Shown here one piece after another: positions 37,487 through 45,736 of a stretch of 64,000 nt of DNA. Below the pieces are notes generated by a model that did not search any database, was not told the DNA's origin, and saw nothing but the letters and a program-made list of their open reading frames with translations. The stretch's first letter is position 1. Each line of letters starts with the position of its first letter. A program made the position numbers and the translations under genes. The stretch spans positions 2,148 to 66,147 of the forward strand of contig JAPDJF010000014.1 in NCBI GenBank assembly GCA_029259185.1. The letters run 5' to 3'. The stretch comes from Hadesarchaea archaeon. Its GTDB lineage: Archaea > Hadarchaeota > Hadarchaeia > Hadarchaeales > WYZ-LMO6.

Positions 37487-38683
37487 GTGATTTTTCTGTT
37501 AGCTGAGAGGGGATTCTTGCCAACTCTGGAGGATGTAAAGAACGAGGAATTGGGAAAGCTGGCGAAGAGGCTGAAGGGGGGCTCGGAGAAGGAGACCCTC
37601 GCCAACATCTTGGAGTGGCAGGAGAGGAATATCATGTGGGCCGCTGATAGGTGGTACACGTACCGTCTGCTCCAGACAATCGTTGCTTTCACAATACTAC
37701 TACTTATAGTTCCTTTCTATTGGATGAATTTGATGAACCCCGTACTGTGCTGGGGAGGTATTTTAGTGGGAATTGTGACTGTGGTGTCTTTAAACCCGGC
37801 TTATCCACTACCTGCACTCACCCCCCTCACGGTCTACGCTATCCTCTGGCTTTCTCTTAACTCTGGGCCGATTATAACCTCGGTCTTAATCCTGTTAGCC
37901 CTCCTCTTGGGAGGCATGATAGTGGTGGTGATCTACCTGTTAATGAAGTATAAGGACTTTTACAGGGAATTCGGGTTTGGGTTTCTTGCCGACCTCTTCC
38001 GCCCCAGCCTGCCCGTGGAGAAGATCCTGAGGTACCGGTTGGGGGTGTGCAGGGACTACGCGAAGCTCACGGCGGCCCTGCTCTTCAACTTGTATCCGGG
38101 TTCTAAGGTCTGTTTCCTTTCTTTGGGAGGGCACGTTGCCGCGGCCACCAGAATTAAGGGTAAGTACTATGTCCTCGATCAGCGGTTGCCAGTTTCAACG
38201 ATAAACAGGTGGTTGATGAGATGGGATAAAAGGAAAGTAAAAGTTATCGTTTCTAAATTGAAGTGGGGTCGAAGAGGAGAAGTAGTCGACGTTGAAAATT
38301 GGAAGAAAAAATATAATGCGAAACGGGAAAAGTCGTCCTCGCTGAACACTAAGGTACTAACGGAAAAAGTTGTAAAGGCACTTAGGACAAAACAGACCCC
38401 GCGGGAATGCTATCCGGACGTTGAGATGCGTCTGAAAAGCTTCGCCCTCTACTACGAGGACGACGGCGTGGTGGAGTACTCGATGGTAAGGGCGATTAAG
38501 AACAGGGTCGAGGGCGAGCTGTGTGGTGACGTTGGCAGGATCTCCAGGCTTGAGGTCTGCAAGGATGGGCGAGACAATAAGGACTTGATCGCGAAGGTTT
38601 GGGTAGGAGACGACTCTATTTCCATAAGCCGGTTTGGTGATGTGACAAAACAAAAGTTTACAAAATGTAGAAATGTTAATTGA
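37487..38683 (+). CDS. polytopic membrane protein with transglutaminase-like cysteine protease domain
   Basis: 398 aa with about 5 TM helices. The segments LGVCRDYAKLTAALLF and GGHVAAATRIKGKYYVLDQ are spaced like a TGase Cys-His-Asp triad. Starts 1 nt after the helicase stop. Confidence 0.55.
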   Translation: MIFLLAERGFLPTLEDVKNEELGKLAKRLKGGSEKETLANILEWQERNIMWAADRWYTYRLLQTIVAFTILLLIVPFYWMNLMNPVLCWGGILVGIVTVVSLNPAYPLPALTPLTVYAILWLSLNSGPIITSVLILLALLLGGMIVVVIYLLMKYKDFYREFGFGFLADLFRPSLPVEKILRYRLGVCRDYAKLTAALLFNLYPGSKVCFLSLGGHVAAATRIKGKYYVLDQRLPVSTINRWLMRWDKRKVKVIVSKLKWGRRGEVVDVENWKKKYNAKREKSSSLNTKVLTEKVVKALRTKQTPRECYPDVEMRLKSFALYYEDDGVVEYSMVRAIKNRVEGELCGDVGRISRLEVCKDGRDNKDLIAKVWVGDDSISISRFGDVTKQKFTKCRNVN

Positions 38684-38700
38684 CAAACTAATTAGTTTGT
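38682..38700. terminator. perfect 18-bp palindrome ACAAACTAATTAGTTTGT in an AT-rich spacer
   Basis: Lies immediately after the 37487-38683 ORF stop, in an A/T-rich tract. Hairpin terminator or operator candidate. Confidence 0.3.
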
Positions 38701-39203
38701 TAAGTTTCTTTAAATTCCTGATGAAACAGTTTTCATACAAATTTTTGAAAAAATTAAATTTGAACACTGGAGCGGATAGCAGTCCGGATTCATTTCCCTG
38801 AATCCAGAAGGGGCGGGTTTCTCCTCCACGAATATCCCCACCCCGATGGACCCTTCTCCCGCGAGGTGCTCAACCGCTTGATCGAACGCCACGCGGGGGT
38901 CCAAACCCACCCTCCTCAGCTACCGGAAGCAAATGCTGGTGTGGGGGCTCATCGAGGGGGCCTCGCACGGAGGGGTCAGATGGGTAAACGGACGGTGAGT
39001 ATCGTCTTGGAGGACGAGCGCGTCTGGGAGGGCTTCTGCAGGCTTGTGGAGGCGAAATACGGCCGGAAGTGGAAGTTCTTGGGGAGGGGCGCGTTGGTCG
39101 CGTGGGATTTGAACCCCACAGTCTTGGCTTTCGCTTGAGGAGCGATTTTATCGTTTTTACCAATTTTAGCAAATCCGATAATTTCCCAGTTGGACCGCCC
39201 GTA

Positions 39204-39757
39204 AGCATTACCCATGTGGGTATTGCTTACCTTTTCGGGGATGTAAGCAATGTTCACGTGAACATCGCTTACATCGTCTTCCCCCTCGGCCGGCCTTCGC
39301 GCGCTCGCAGATCTCGGGACGACCACGCGGAGATCGGGGATGGAAGCATTATTCATGTGAATATTGCTTCCATCGCCTTCCCTCACCCATCACTGTGAAA
39401 AAATCAGATGGGGGGTTTGTGAATTTTACAAATCGTGGTAGGGGGAATAATGGCAACTAAGAGTTTAGTACCGTTCTCTTTCGCCCTAGGCCGGGCCTAG
39501 CGGGCTTCCGGGAAACCCAAGTTCTTCTTTCCAGGTTTTTCCTAGGCCCCCCAAGGGCCTTCTAGGAAGGTGGGGGTCTTGGCCCTCGTGGATCCGGGCC
39601 TTTGGGGTTAGGGGGGAAATTATAAGCATTACTCATGTGAGTATTGCTTATCTTTTCGGATGTAAGCATTGTTCACGTGAACATTGTTACGTCCGGACGT
39701 AACTTATAGAGACGTAGGAGAGACGGAAGCATTGCTCATGTGAACATTGCTTCCATC
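39204..39757. repeat. Array B of the same ~30-bp near-palindromic repeat family, inverted relative to array A
   Basis: Six copies at ~39204-39233, 39243-39272, 39340-39370, 39622-39655, 39659-39690 and 39723-39757. The composite unit 39243-39370 is the reverse complement of the array-A unit. The ORFs 38976-39386 and 39069-39398 are translations of the repeat. Confidence 0.8.
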
Positions 39758-39877
39758 GCCTTCCCCCCGTATCCAAAAAATGTGCAATTTACCAAGATTG
39801 GTAAAATTCACACTACTTGTAGTAAAAGAATAAATCCGGAAGAGTATAACATGACTCAATTGTTTATTGCTAAATTC

Positions 39878-39925
39878 TAATTCTATCCCTTTTAGAAAAC
39901 TAATTCTATCCCTTTTAGAAAAAGT
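39878..39925. repeat. tandem duplication of 24 bp (CTAATTCTATCCCTTTTAGAAAA x2)
   Basis: Exact direct tandem repeat in an AT-rich region. Confidence 0.6.
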
Positions 39926-40176
39926 ATTGGCTTTGCAGAGAGAAAATAAGAAGGCGCTGGGGCAGGATAAAATGAACCGAGCGAGCGACGGAGAGATCGA
40001 CTTCGTGCGATGTTGGCTTTCCTGCTCTCAAAGAGGACTCGCACCTAGTTGGGCGTGCATACTTCGGTCTCGGCTCCTTCCCGATATTTTACTGGTAAAT
40101 TAGTGCCGAAATCCCGTCCTCATCGCGCTCTTCGAGGATGAGGCCTACCGCAGGAAGGAAATGATAGTGAGGAAGC

Positions 40177-41520
40177 TTAGACACGCTCACAGTCGGGAGA
40201 TGGCCTGCGCACCACGATCCTCCCGCTGTTGAGCTCCCGGACGATCTCCCAGCCCTCGTTCAGGTACCGCACGAGCTCCTCCTCCCCGATGAGCTTGCTC
40301 TCGTACCTCGCGCAGTTTCCGTTGCAGTCTTCCCGGAACCTCGCTGGGGAGATCCTGAGCTTCCTTATTTCTGCCTGGAGGGCCTCGATCTCCTCGCCGA
40401 ACTCCGGCTCGCGCCCAAGTTCCTTCTGCTTCTCGATGCGGACCTTCAGGGGGTCTATTCCAAACGTCTCCGCGACCCTGCGCATCGCCTCGAGCGCCAT
40501 CTCCTCCTTCGAGGGCGCTTTTTCGGACTCAGCAGTCTGGAGGTACTCCTGCGCCCTCCGGTACGCCTCGCGCATGCTCTCCACCACGTCCTCGGGGAGC
40601 CTGCACTTGTTGGTGGTGTACCGCGCCTCGATGTCCCCCTTGTGGCCCATCCAGAAGGTTCGGTAGTCGCGGAGCACGAGCCCCTTGGACTCCGCGAGCA
40701 TGAGCTGGGTGTCGAAGTAGGAGCGCAGCACGTAGGGGCGCCAGGGGAACCCCGCATTCCTGATCGCTGACCTTATCGCGTCGCCCACGTTGGCGGCCGT
40801 GATGAACCCGATCCCCCTAAATCTAGAGGTGATCAGGGGAGACTTGGCGGTGAGCACCTCGCCCCTCCTCATTCGCTCCTCCAGGTAATCCTTTAAGTAC
40901 CCGCACCCCTCCTCGCTCAAAAACGTGAAGTAGCGGTGCCTGGCCTTGCTGAGCTCGCGCCTGACTATTACCATCGCCGGGACTCGCTCGAACTCCACCT
41001 CCCCACCCCTGACCCTGAGTTCGGGCAGGTCCCCGAGCCTCAGCCCGTCGTCCCCCCTGTAGTTGCCAAGGGTCTCGATGCGCAGCCCGGAGTGGGCCAC
41101 GAGCACCGAGGCCGCCCTCGCCTTCTTGTCCCCCGAGAGGAATATGCGTCTCAGCTCTTCCTTGGTGGGAACGCGCTCCTCCGCGAGCGAGGGCGTGTCC
41201 CTGGCCCCCCTTATCTTTATCTTCCCCACGACCGTCCGGTTGTGGTGGGCGAGCCATGACTTCACCGCCTTGAGCGTGGACTCGATGTAGCTCCCCGCCC
41301 TCCCCTTCTCCTCCTCGGCCGAAACGAAGTCGAGCAGTAGGTTGTAGAGCTTCTTCCCCCCCACCCTCCAGAGCTCCTTGGGGGTGAGGCCCACGGACCT
41401 GCAGAAGCTCCCAAGCCTGCGCAGGTAGACGTCCGCCGTGACCTCAGACCCCCTAGCCACGTTCCTGTACCAGCGCTCGACCTCCGGGTCCTCGAGCAGT
41501 TGCCTGTGGGTCCCACGCAT
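40177..41520 (-). CDS. int: tyrosine recombinase / integrase (XerC/D-SSV-like)
   Basis: The C-terminal catalytic domain contains HSGLRIETL, LRSYFDT and WMGHKGDIEARYT (R..K..H..R/H..Y). The start was set at the ATG at 41520. The 55 upstream codons in the track simply read through the tRNA. Confidence 0.85.
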   Translation of the reverse strand: MRGTHRQLLEDPEVERWYRNVARGSEVTADVYLRRLGSFCRSVGLTPKELWRVGGKKLYNLLLDFVSAEEEKGRAGSYIESTLKAVKSWLAHHNRTVVGKIKIRGARDTPSLAEERVPTKEELRRIFLSGDKKARAASVLVAHSGLRIETLGNYRGDDGLRLGDLPELRVRGGEVEFERVPAMVIVRRELSKARHRYFTFLSEEGCGYLKDYLEERMRRGEVLTAKSPLITSRFRGIGFITAANVGDAIRSAIRNAGFPWRPYVLRSYFDTQLMLAESKGLVLRDYRTFWMGHKGDIEARYTTNKCRLPEDVVESMREAYRRAQEYLQTAESEKAPSKEEMALEAMRRVAETFGIDPLKVRIEKQKELGREPEFGEEIEALQAEIRKLRISPARFREDCNGNCARYESKLIGEEELVRYLNEGWEIVRELNSGRIVVRRPSPDCERV

Positions 41521-41542
41521 TCGATGATGGGTAGAGCGGGAT

Positions 41543-41556
41543 TCTATAAAAGCGTT
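41543..41556 (-). promoter_or_regulatory. TATA-box (TTTATAG) for the integrase gene
   Basis: On the minus strand, CTTTTATAGAA lies about 27 bp upstream of the integrase ATG, between the gene and the tRNA. Confidence 0.4.
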
Positions 41557-41574
41557 TCGAACCCAAAATGGTAC

Positions 41575-41700
41575 GGGCCCGGTGGGATTCGAACCCACGA
41601 CCGTCCGGTCTCGCCACGAGTTAAGAGCTTCATCCGGTCCTCCCGACCGACGGATGCTCCACCAGACTGAGCCTCCCGGTAGCATGAGCTACTTACGGGC
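41575..41700 (-). tRNA. intron-containing tRNA, isotype unresolved; target-like site next to the integrase
   Basis: On the minus strand: acceptor GGGCCCG/CGGGCCC, discriminator G and T-arm GTGGGTTCGAATCCCAC. A D-arm-like GCTCAGTCTGGTGGAGC is present. Total length is about 126 nt, which implies one or two introns. A 5-bp hairpin GTAGC-TCAT-GCTAC is present. I could not fold the anticodon arm unambiguously. Confidence 0.55.
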
Positions 41701-41954
41701 CCGGGCCCGATAAAGCTAATTCTCCCCAATGCTAAAAATCTAATCCTCCTCGGAGCCGATCCGCTTTCCCCGGTTGCTCTTGGGTGGGAGATTGCCCCAA
41801 CAGCTCGCCACTGAGGGATCGCTTCAATCGAACAGTTTTAAAGCGGGGCGACAGTATTTCCTCCTCTTGGCGACTCATTTCCTCACAGCGGGTTTCGTTT
41901 TCATGAGTGTTCTTGCATATGTAGCGTTTTACACGGGCTACTACATGAGGATTC

Positions 41955-42317
41955 ATGATATTTTTAGTCACTCCAGCCCTGATAGGGATGTCTATTTCGA
42001 TGATGATGGGGAGCCATCCCAAAGGGGCCTTAGGCATTCTGCTCGGTGCATTGATCTTCTCTTCCGTGACTTTCGTTGCTATGGTCGCGGGAGTCGCATC
42101 GGTGGGACCATCTGGGAAAATCTCTGAAAACCAATGGAACATGTTGGTTGGGCTGAGAGACCAGCTCCCCGAAAACTGTCTCCTTTGCCCCGTGTCCCAC
42201 GAACTCATCCCAGACGACTTTCACTTATTGCCGATCGAATTAGTGCAGTGTACGTATGGTGCTGAAGCCTATGGAATACTGAAACTTCTGGTGGCCGTAC
42301 CCCTCTCGACGGGCTGA
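41955..42317 (+). CDS. hypothetical membrane protein
   Basis: 120 aa, three hydrophobic segments. Competes with an antisense 158-aa ORF (41732-42208). Confidence 0.25.
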   Translation: MIFLVTPALIGMSISMMMGSHPKGALGILLGALIFSSVTFVAMVAGVASVGPSGKISENQWNMLVGLRDQLPENCLLCPVSHELIPDDFHLLPIELVQCTYGAEAYGILKLLVAVPLSTG

Positions 42318-42365
42318 TCGGGTTCACGATGAGATCATTCTTAAGCCTCGCTCGCGTGCTTAAAC

Positions 42366-43154
42366 TCAAATGACCTTATCTCTTCTGAGCCTCATTGCGA
42401 GGTTCACTCCAGCTTCCTCCGGTGTTTCTCCCTCGACGAAAACGCATTTCTTTTCGAAGGGCGGAGCAAAGAGTTCCACAGGCTTCCTCCTCTTCAGCTC
42501 GGAAGGATCTATGTTCAGATCACGGGGGCCCCACCTCACAACAGATTTCCTCATCGCTTCTTTGATCTGGGTCATTGAAATGGATCTTAGTTCTCCTATC
42601 TCGTTGCTAACGGTGAGGAGAGCGGGCACTGAGACCTTCAGTAACTCAAATCCCTCCTCCGTGGACTTTTTGACCACGACTTCCCCGTCCGAGATCTCCA
42701 CCCCACAGACCAAGTTCACGGAAGGGAATCTGAGCATCTCCCCCATAATCAATCCCACTTGGCCAAAATTCCAGTCCGCGGCTTGTCTTCCCGTAAACAC
42801 GAGTTCACAATTACCCAACTTCCTGATCGCCGCTGAGAGTACGTAGGCTGTTGAGTAACTATCAAGATCTGCGAACCTCTCATCGTCCAACAGGATGAGT
42901 TCATCAGCCCCCGCAGCTAGCGCCTTCATCAAAACTGACTTGGAGATCCCAGCCCCCACGCTCATCACCGTTACCCTCGCCGAATCACACTGATCCTTAA
43001 TCCGGAGAGCTGCTTCGAGGGCATTCTCGTCGAAGGGATTTATCACGGGAGGTATCCCGACGGGGATCACCGCCTTCGCCTCGGAATCGATATGGAAAGC
43101 TGAGGGCGGGCCCTCGGGATCGGGAACTAATTTGGCGCAGACCACGATCCTCAT
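42366..43154 (-). CDS. etfB: electron transfer flavoprotein beta subunit
   Basis: 262 aa. MRIVVCAKLVPD start, an AMP-binding fold and a C-terminal recognition loop. Confidence 0.85.
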   Translation of the reverse strand: MRIVVCAKLVPDPEGPPSAFHIDSEAKAVIPVGIPPVINPFDENALEAALRIKDQCDSARVTVMSVGAGISKSVLMKALAAGADELILLDDERFADLDSYSTAYVLSAAIRKLGNCELVFTGRQAADWNFGQVGLIMGEMLRFPSVNLVCGVEISDGEVVVKKSTEEGFELLKVSVPALLTVSNEIGELRSISMTQIKEAMRKSVVRWGPRDLNIDPSELKRRKPVELFAPPFEKKCVFVEGETPEEAGVNLAMRLRRDKVI

Positions 43155-44212
43155 ACCATCTCACGCAACTTGTTCATGAACGCTGGAAGAACCCTTTCGT
43201 ACTCCCCTATCACCCCATAGTCCGCCACTTTGAAGATGTGGGCTTCTGGATCCACGTTTATGGCGACAATGGTTTTGGCCCTCACTATTCCCGCTAGATG
43301 CTGAACGGAGCCGGAGATCCCCACAGCCACATAGAGTTTTGGACAGACCTTCTCCCCCGTCAGACCTATTTGATAAGTCTTTGGTACCCAGCCTAGGTCG
43401 CATGGAGGCCTTGTAGCCCCCACCGCCGATTTCTCTCCGAAATGGGCAAGCAACTCAGACAACTCCCTCAACATTTTGAATCCTCTGGGCCCTTTCACCC
43501 CTCTCCCCCCCGAGATTACGATGTCAGCCTCACCCAACCTAGGAGTCTCCTCCCTTACCGTTCCCACCAACTCGGTTTTCGGTCGCAAATCACCGGAAGG
43601 CTCGAACGGTATCACCTGCCCGAGCGAAGGGGAGGGTTTCGCCCGCTCCCACACTTTAGGCCTCACGGTCACGAACTGGGGTCTCCCCGAGGGCTCGAAA
43701 ACCGCAACAGCATTCCCTCCATAGACTGGCTTAATCCGACGCAGCATCTTTTTCTCCCCGTCCCACTCTAGATCTGTGCAATCGGTGGTCAGCTGAACCC
43801 GAAGCTTGAAGGCCAGCCTGGGAGCAACATCTGCCCCCCTGATGGTGTGACCGAGGAGGATAACATCCGGGTTCACCTCCACACAAATCTGGTATATAAC
43901 TTCCGCGTACACATCTGCATGGAATTCCTCCAGCGCGGGGCTATCCACCTCGTACACCCTATCGACGAACCTGGCCACCTCTCCCGCGATAGCCTTTATC
44001 CCACAACCGAGAACCGCTGCCGAGAGCTCTGCTCCCATTTTCTCAGCTAGTTTTCTCCCCACTTCGAAAAGTTCTAAAGAAACTGGCGCGAGATGTCCTT
44101 GTTTGATCTCAGCTACTGTGAGGACCCCACCCCCCATACACATCACTTTATATAGGTGGAAGGATCCGTGACACCCTTCGGATCCAATACTCGTTGGATC
44201 CTCCTCTGCCAA
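43151..44212 (-). CDS. etfA: electron transfer flavoprotein alpha subunit
   Basis: 353 aa. FAD-binding motif VAVGISGSVQHLAGI. 4-nt overlap with etfB. Confidence 0.85.
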   Translation of the reverse strand: MAEEDPTSIGSEGCHGSFHLYKVMCMGGGVLTVAEIKQGHLAPVSLELFEVGRKLAEKMGAELSAAVLGCGIKAIAGEVARFVDRVYEVDSPALEEFHADVYAEVIYQICVEVNPDVILLGHTIRGADVAPRLAFKLRVQLTTDCTDLEWDGEKKMLRRIKPVYGGNAVAVFEPSGRPQFVTVRPKVWERAKPSPSLGQVIPFEPSGDLRPKTELVGTVREETPRLGEADIVISGGRGVKGPRGFKMLRELSELLAHFGEKSAVGATRPPCDLGWVPKTYQIGLTGEKVCPKLYVAVGISGSVQHLAGIVRAKTIVAINVDPEAHIFKVADYGVIGEYERVLPAFMNKLREMV

Positions 44213-45735
44213 TCCCTATGATCTACATTCATGTGAGGGGCCACAACTTCGTGGAGTGAAAGCCCTTTCCGCGCGGCTAGGAATTTCAAACTCGTCTTCG
44301 GAAAGGCGATCTTCCTTTTTTCAAAGACCTCTTCATTAACCTCTTCATGCAATTTTATCATCGCCTCAACTGACTGGGGATCCCAAGGGTCGTAACCCGT
44401 CTCATTCTCCACCCAACTCATGTGACCATGATCGATGATTGGACATCCCCAGTTACCCTCACCCATGTCGTCCACGAGCTTTCCTCCCTTCACATGCTTC
44501 TTTTTTATCTCGAGTCCGATCCTGAGGGTTTCCACCACGGTCCGCCTGCCTTGTATGTTATGACACAAAATCGGTGTGAAACCACCAGAAGTACCGAAGA
44601 CCGCCCTCGCGGGCAAGCTCCCTCCTTTTATCATGAGGAGAAGTACCGTATCTCGGAGAGCTGGATTCTCTGTGATGAGATCGAGATTCTTTCCCCCCGT
44701 TTCCCCCAAGATCTTTTCCATGACTTTTTCTTGGTACCTCAGCTCGCTCTTTGAATTCGCGACCAACAGTATCGCACAGGTTACGGGAGGAAGAGCGGGA
44801 ATCAAACTCTCCATTATCTCCACCGATTGCCTGTTGGTTTCTCCCGATCCAAACGCCAGCAGACCCCTGTCTAAGATGGCCGCTGCATAAACGATCTCGG
44901 ATTCGGCCAACCTGCGAAGTGCTTCTTCACGACTTTCGAGGGTGTCAAAATACAGATAGTACAGCCTCACGTTCTCCAGAGGTTCCACCAACCTCTCGTC
45001 CACGGGAGGTAGACCCTCGGTCACCACCTCGGGTGGACCTCCCCAGTGATACAGCCTCACTGCACACTTGGTGAAGACTCCCAATCCACCCATCGCTCCC
45101 AGCGTTCCCCTCATCACCCCACGCAAAGAGGGACCGGGTCCATCCCCGGAGATCCAAGAATCGAATGCTAAGGAGCCGAGCCTCAGCACTTCCCCGTCCG
45201 GTAAGACCCATTCCACCCCCAGCACGTTTCTGCTGTTGTAACCCATCGAAACATTAGCATATCCCACCCCTTCTTGGGAAGTACAGCTCGCCAGAACGGA
45301 TGTCGCACTTCCTGCCCCGATCACCATGCAGTTCAGCCCCACCTTCATCGCCTCCGCCTGCAGTTGCGCCCAGCTCACGTATGGTTCCACCACCGCGTAC
45401 ATATCGTGCTCGTTTATCTCCAAGATCCGGTTCATCCTGCGGAGATCTAACAACACGACCCCCTTCACCCCAGCTGCCCCCCAAGCCCCCCACCCCGTGG
45501 AGTGAGCCTTGAACTTCAGCCCGTATCGATTGCATATCCTCACCACCTCCTGGACCTCCTCCGTGCTCCCGGGTAGTACCACGGCCTCGGGCCTGAACGG
45601 CATGAAACGGTTCGCTATCTCTCCCTCGAACTCCCCCATCCACTGCCACGTATACCCGTCCAAAACCGCTGGATCCACCGAGATGTTCTCCGGGCCCACC
45701 ACCGTTTCTAGCATACGATAAATTTTCTTCTCCAT
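44143..45735 (-). CDS. FAD-linked oxidase (GlcD / D-lactate dehydrogenase family)
   Basis: Has a PCMH-type FAD-binding domain and a C-terminal FAD-oxidase domain. The start was trimmed to the MEKKIY Met, which abuts the upstream gene. The track ORF extends 41 codons further. Confidence 0.75.
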   Translation of the reverse strand: MEKKIYRMLETVVGPENISVDPAVLDGYTWQWMGEFEGEIANRFMPFRPEAVVLPGSTEEVQEVVRICNRYGLKFKAHSTGWGAWGAAGVKGVVLLDLRRMNRILEINEHDMYAVVEPYVSWAQLQAEAMKVGLNCMVIGAGSATSVLASCTSQEGVGYANVSMGYNSRNVLGVEWVLPDGEVLRLGSLAFDSWISGDGPGPSLRGVMRGTLGAMGGLGVFTKCAVRLYHWGGPPEVVTEGLPPVDERLVEPLENVRLYYLYFDTLESREEALRRLAESEIVYAAAILDRGLLAFGSGETNRQSVEIMESLIPALPPVTCAILLVANSKSELRYQEKVMEKILGETGGKNLDLITENPALRDTVLLLMIKGGSLPARAVFGTSGGFTPILCHNIQGRRTVVETLRIGLEIKKKHVKGGKLVDDMGEGNWGCPIIDHGHMSWVENETGYDPWDPQSVEAMIKLHEEVNEEVFEKRKIAFPKTSLKFLAARKGLSLHEVVAPHMNVDHRDWQRRIQRVLDPKGVTDPSTYIK

Positions 45736-45736
45736 C

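Noticed and set aside
41520-41685. N-terminal 55 codons of the track's integrase ORF
   Set aside because: This portion is a read-through of the tRNA gene (VVGSNPTGP is the T-arm). A TATA box and an in-frame ATG at 41520 give the genuine start.
41732-42208. 158-aa minus-strand ORF versus the 120-aa plus-strand membrane ORF
   Set aside because: Neither has motifs. Only the plus-strand one is listed, at low confidence. The minus-strand product is polar and low-complexity.
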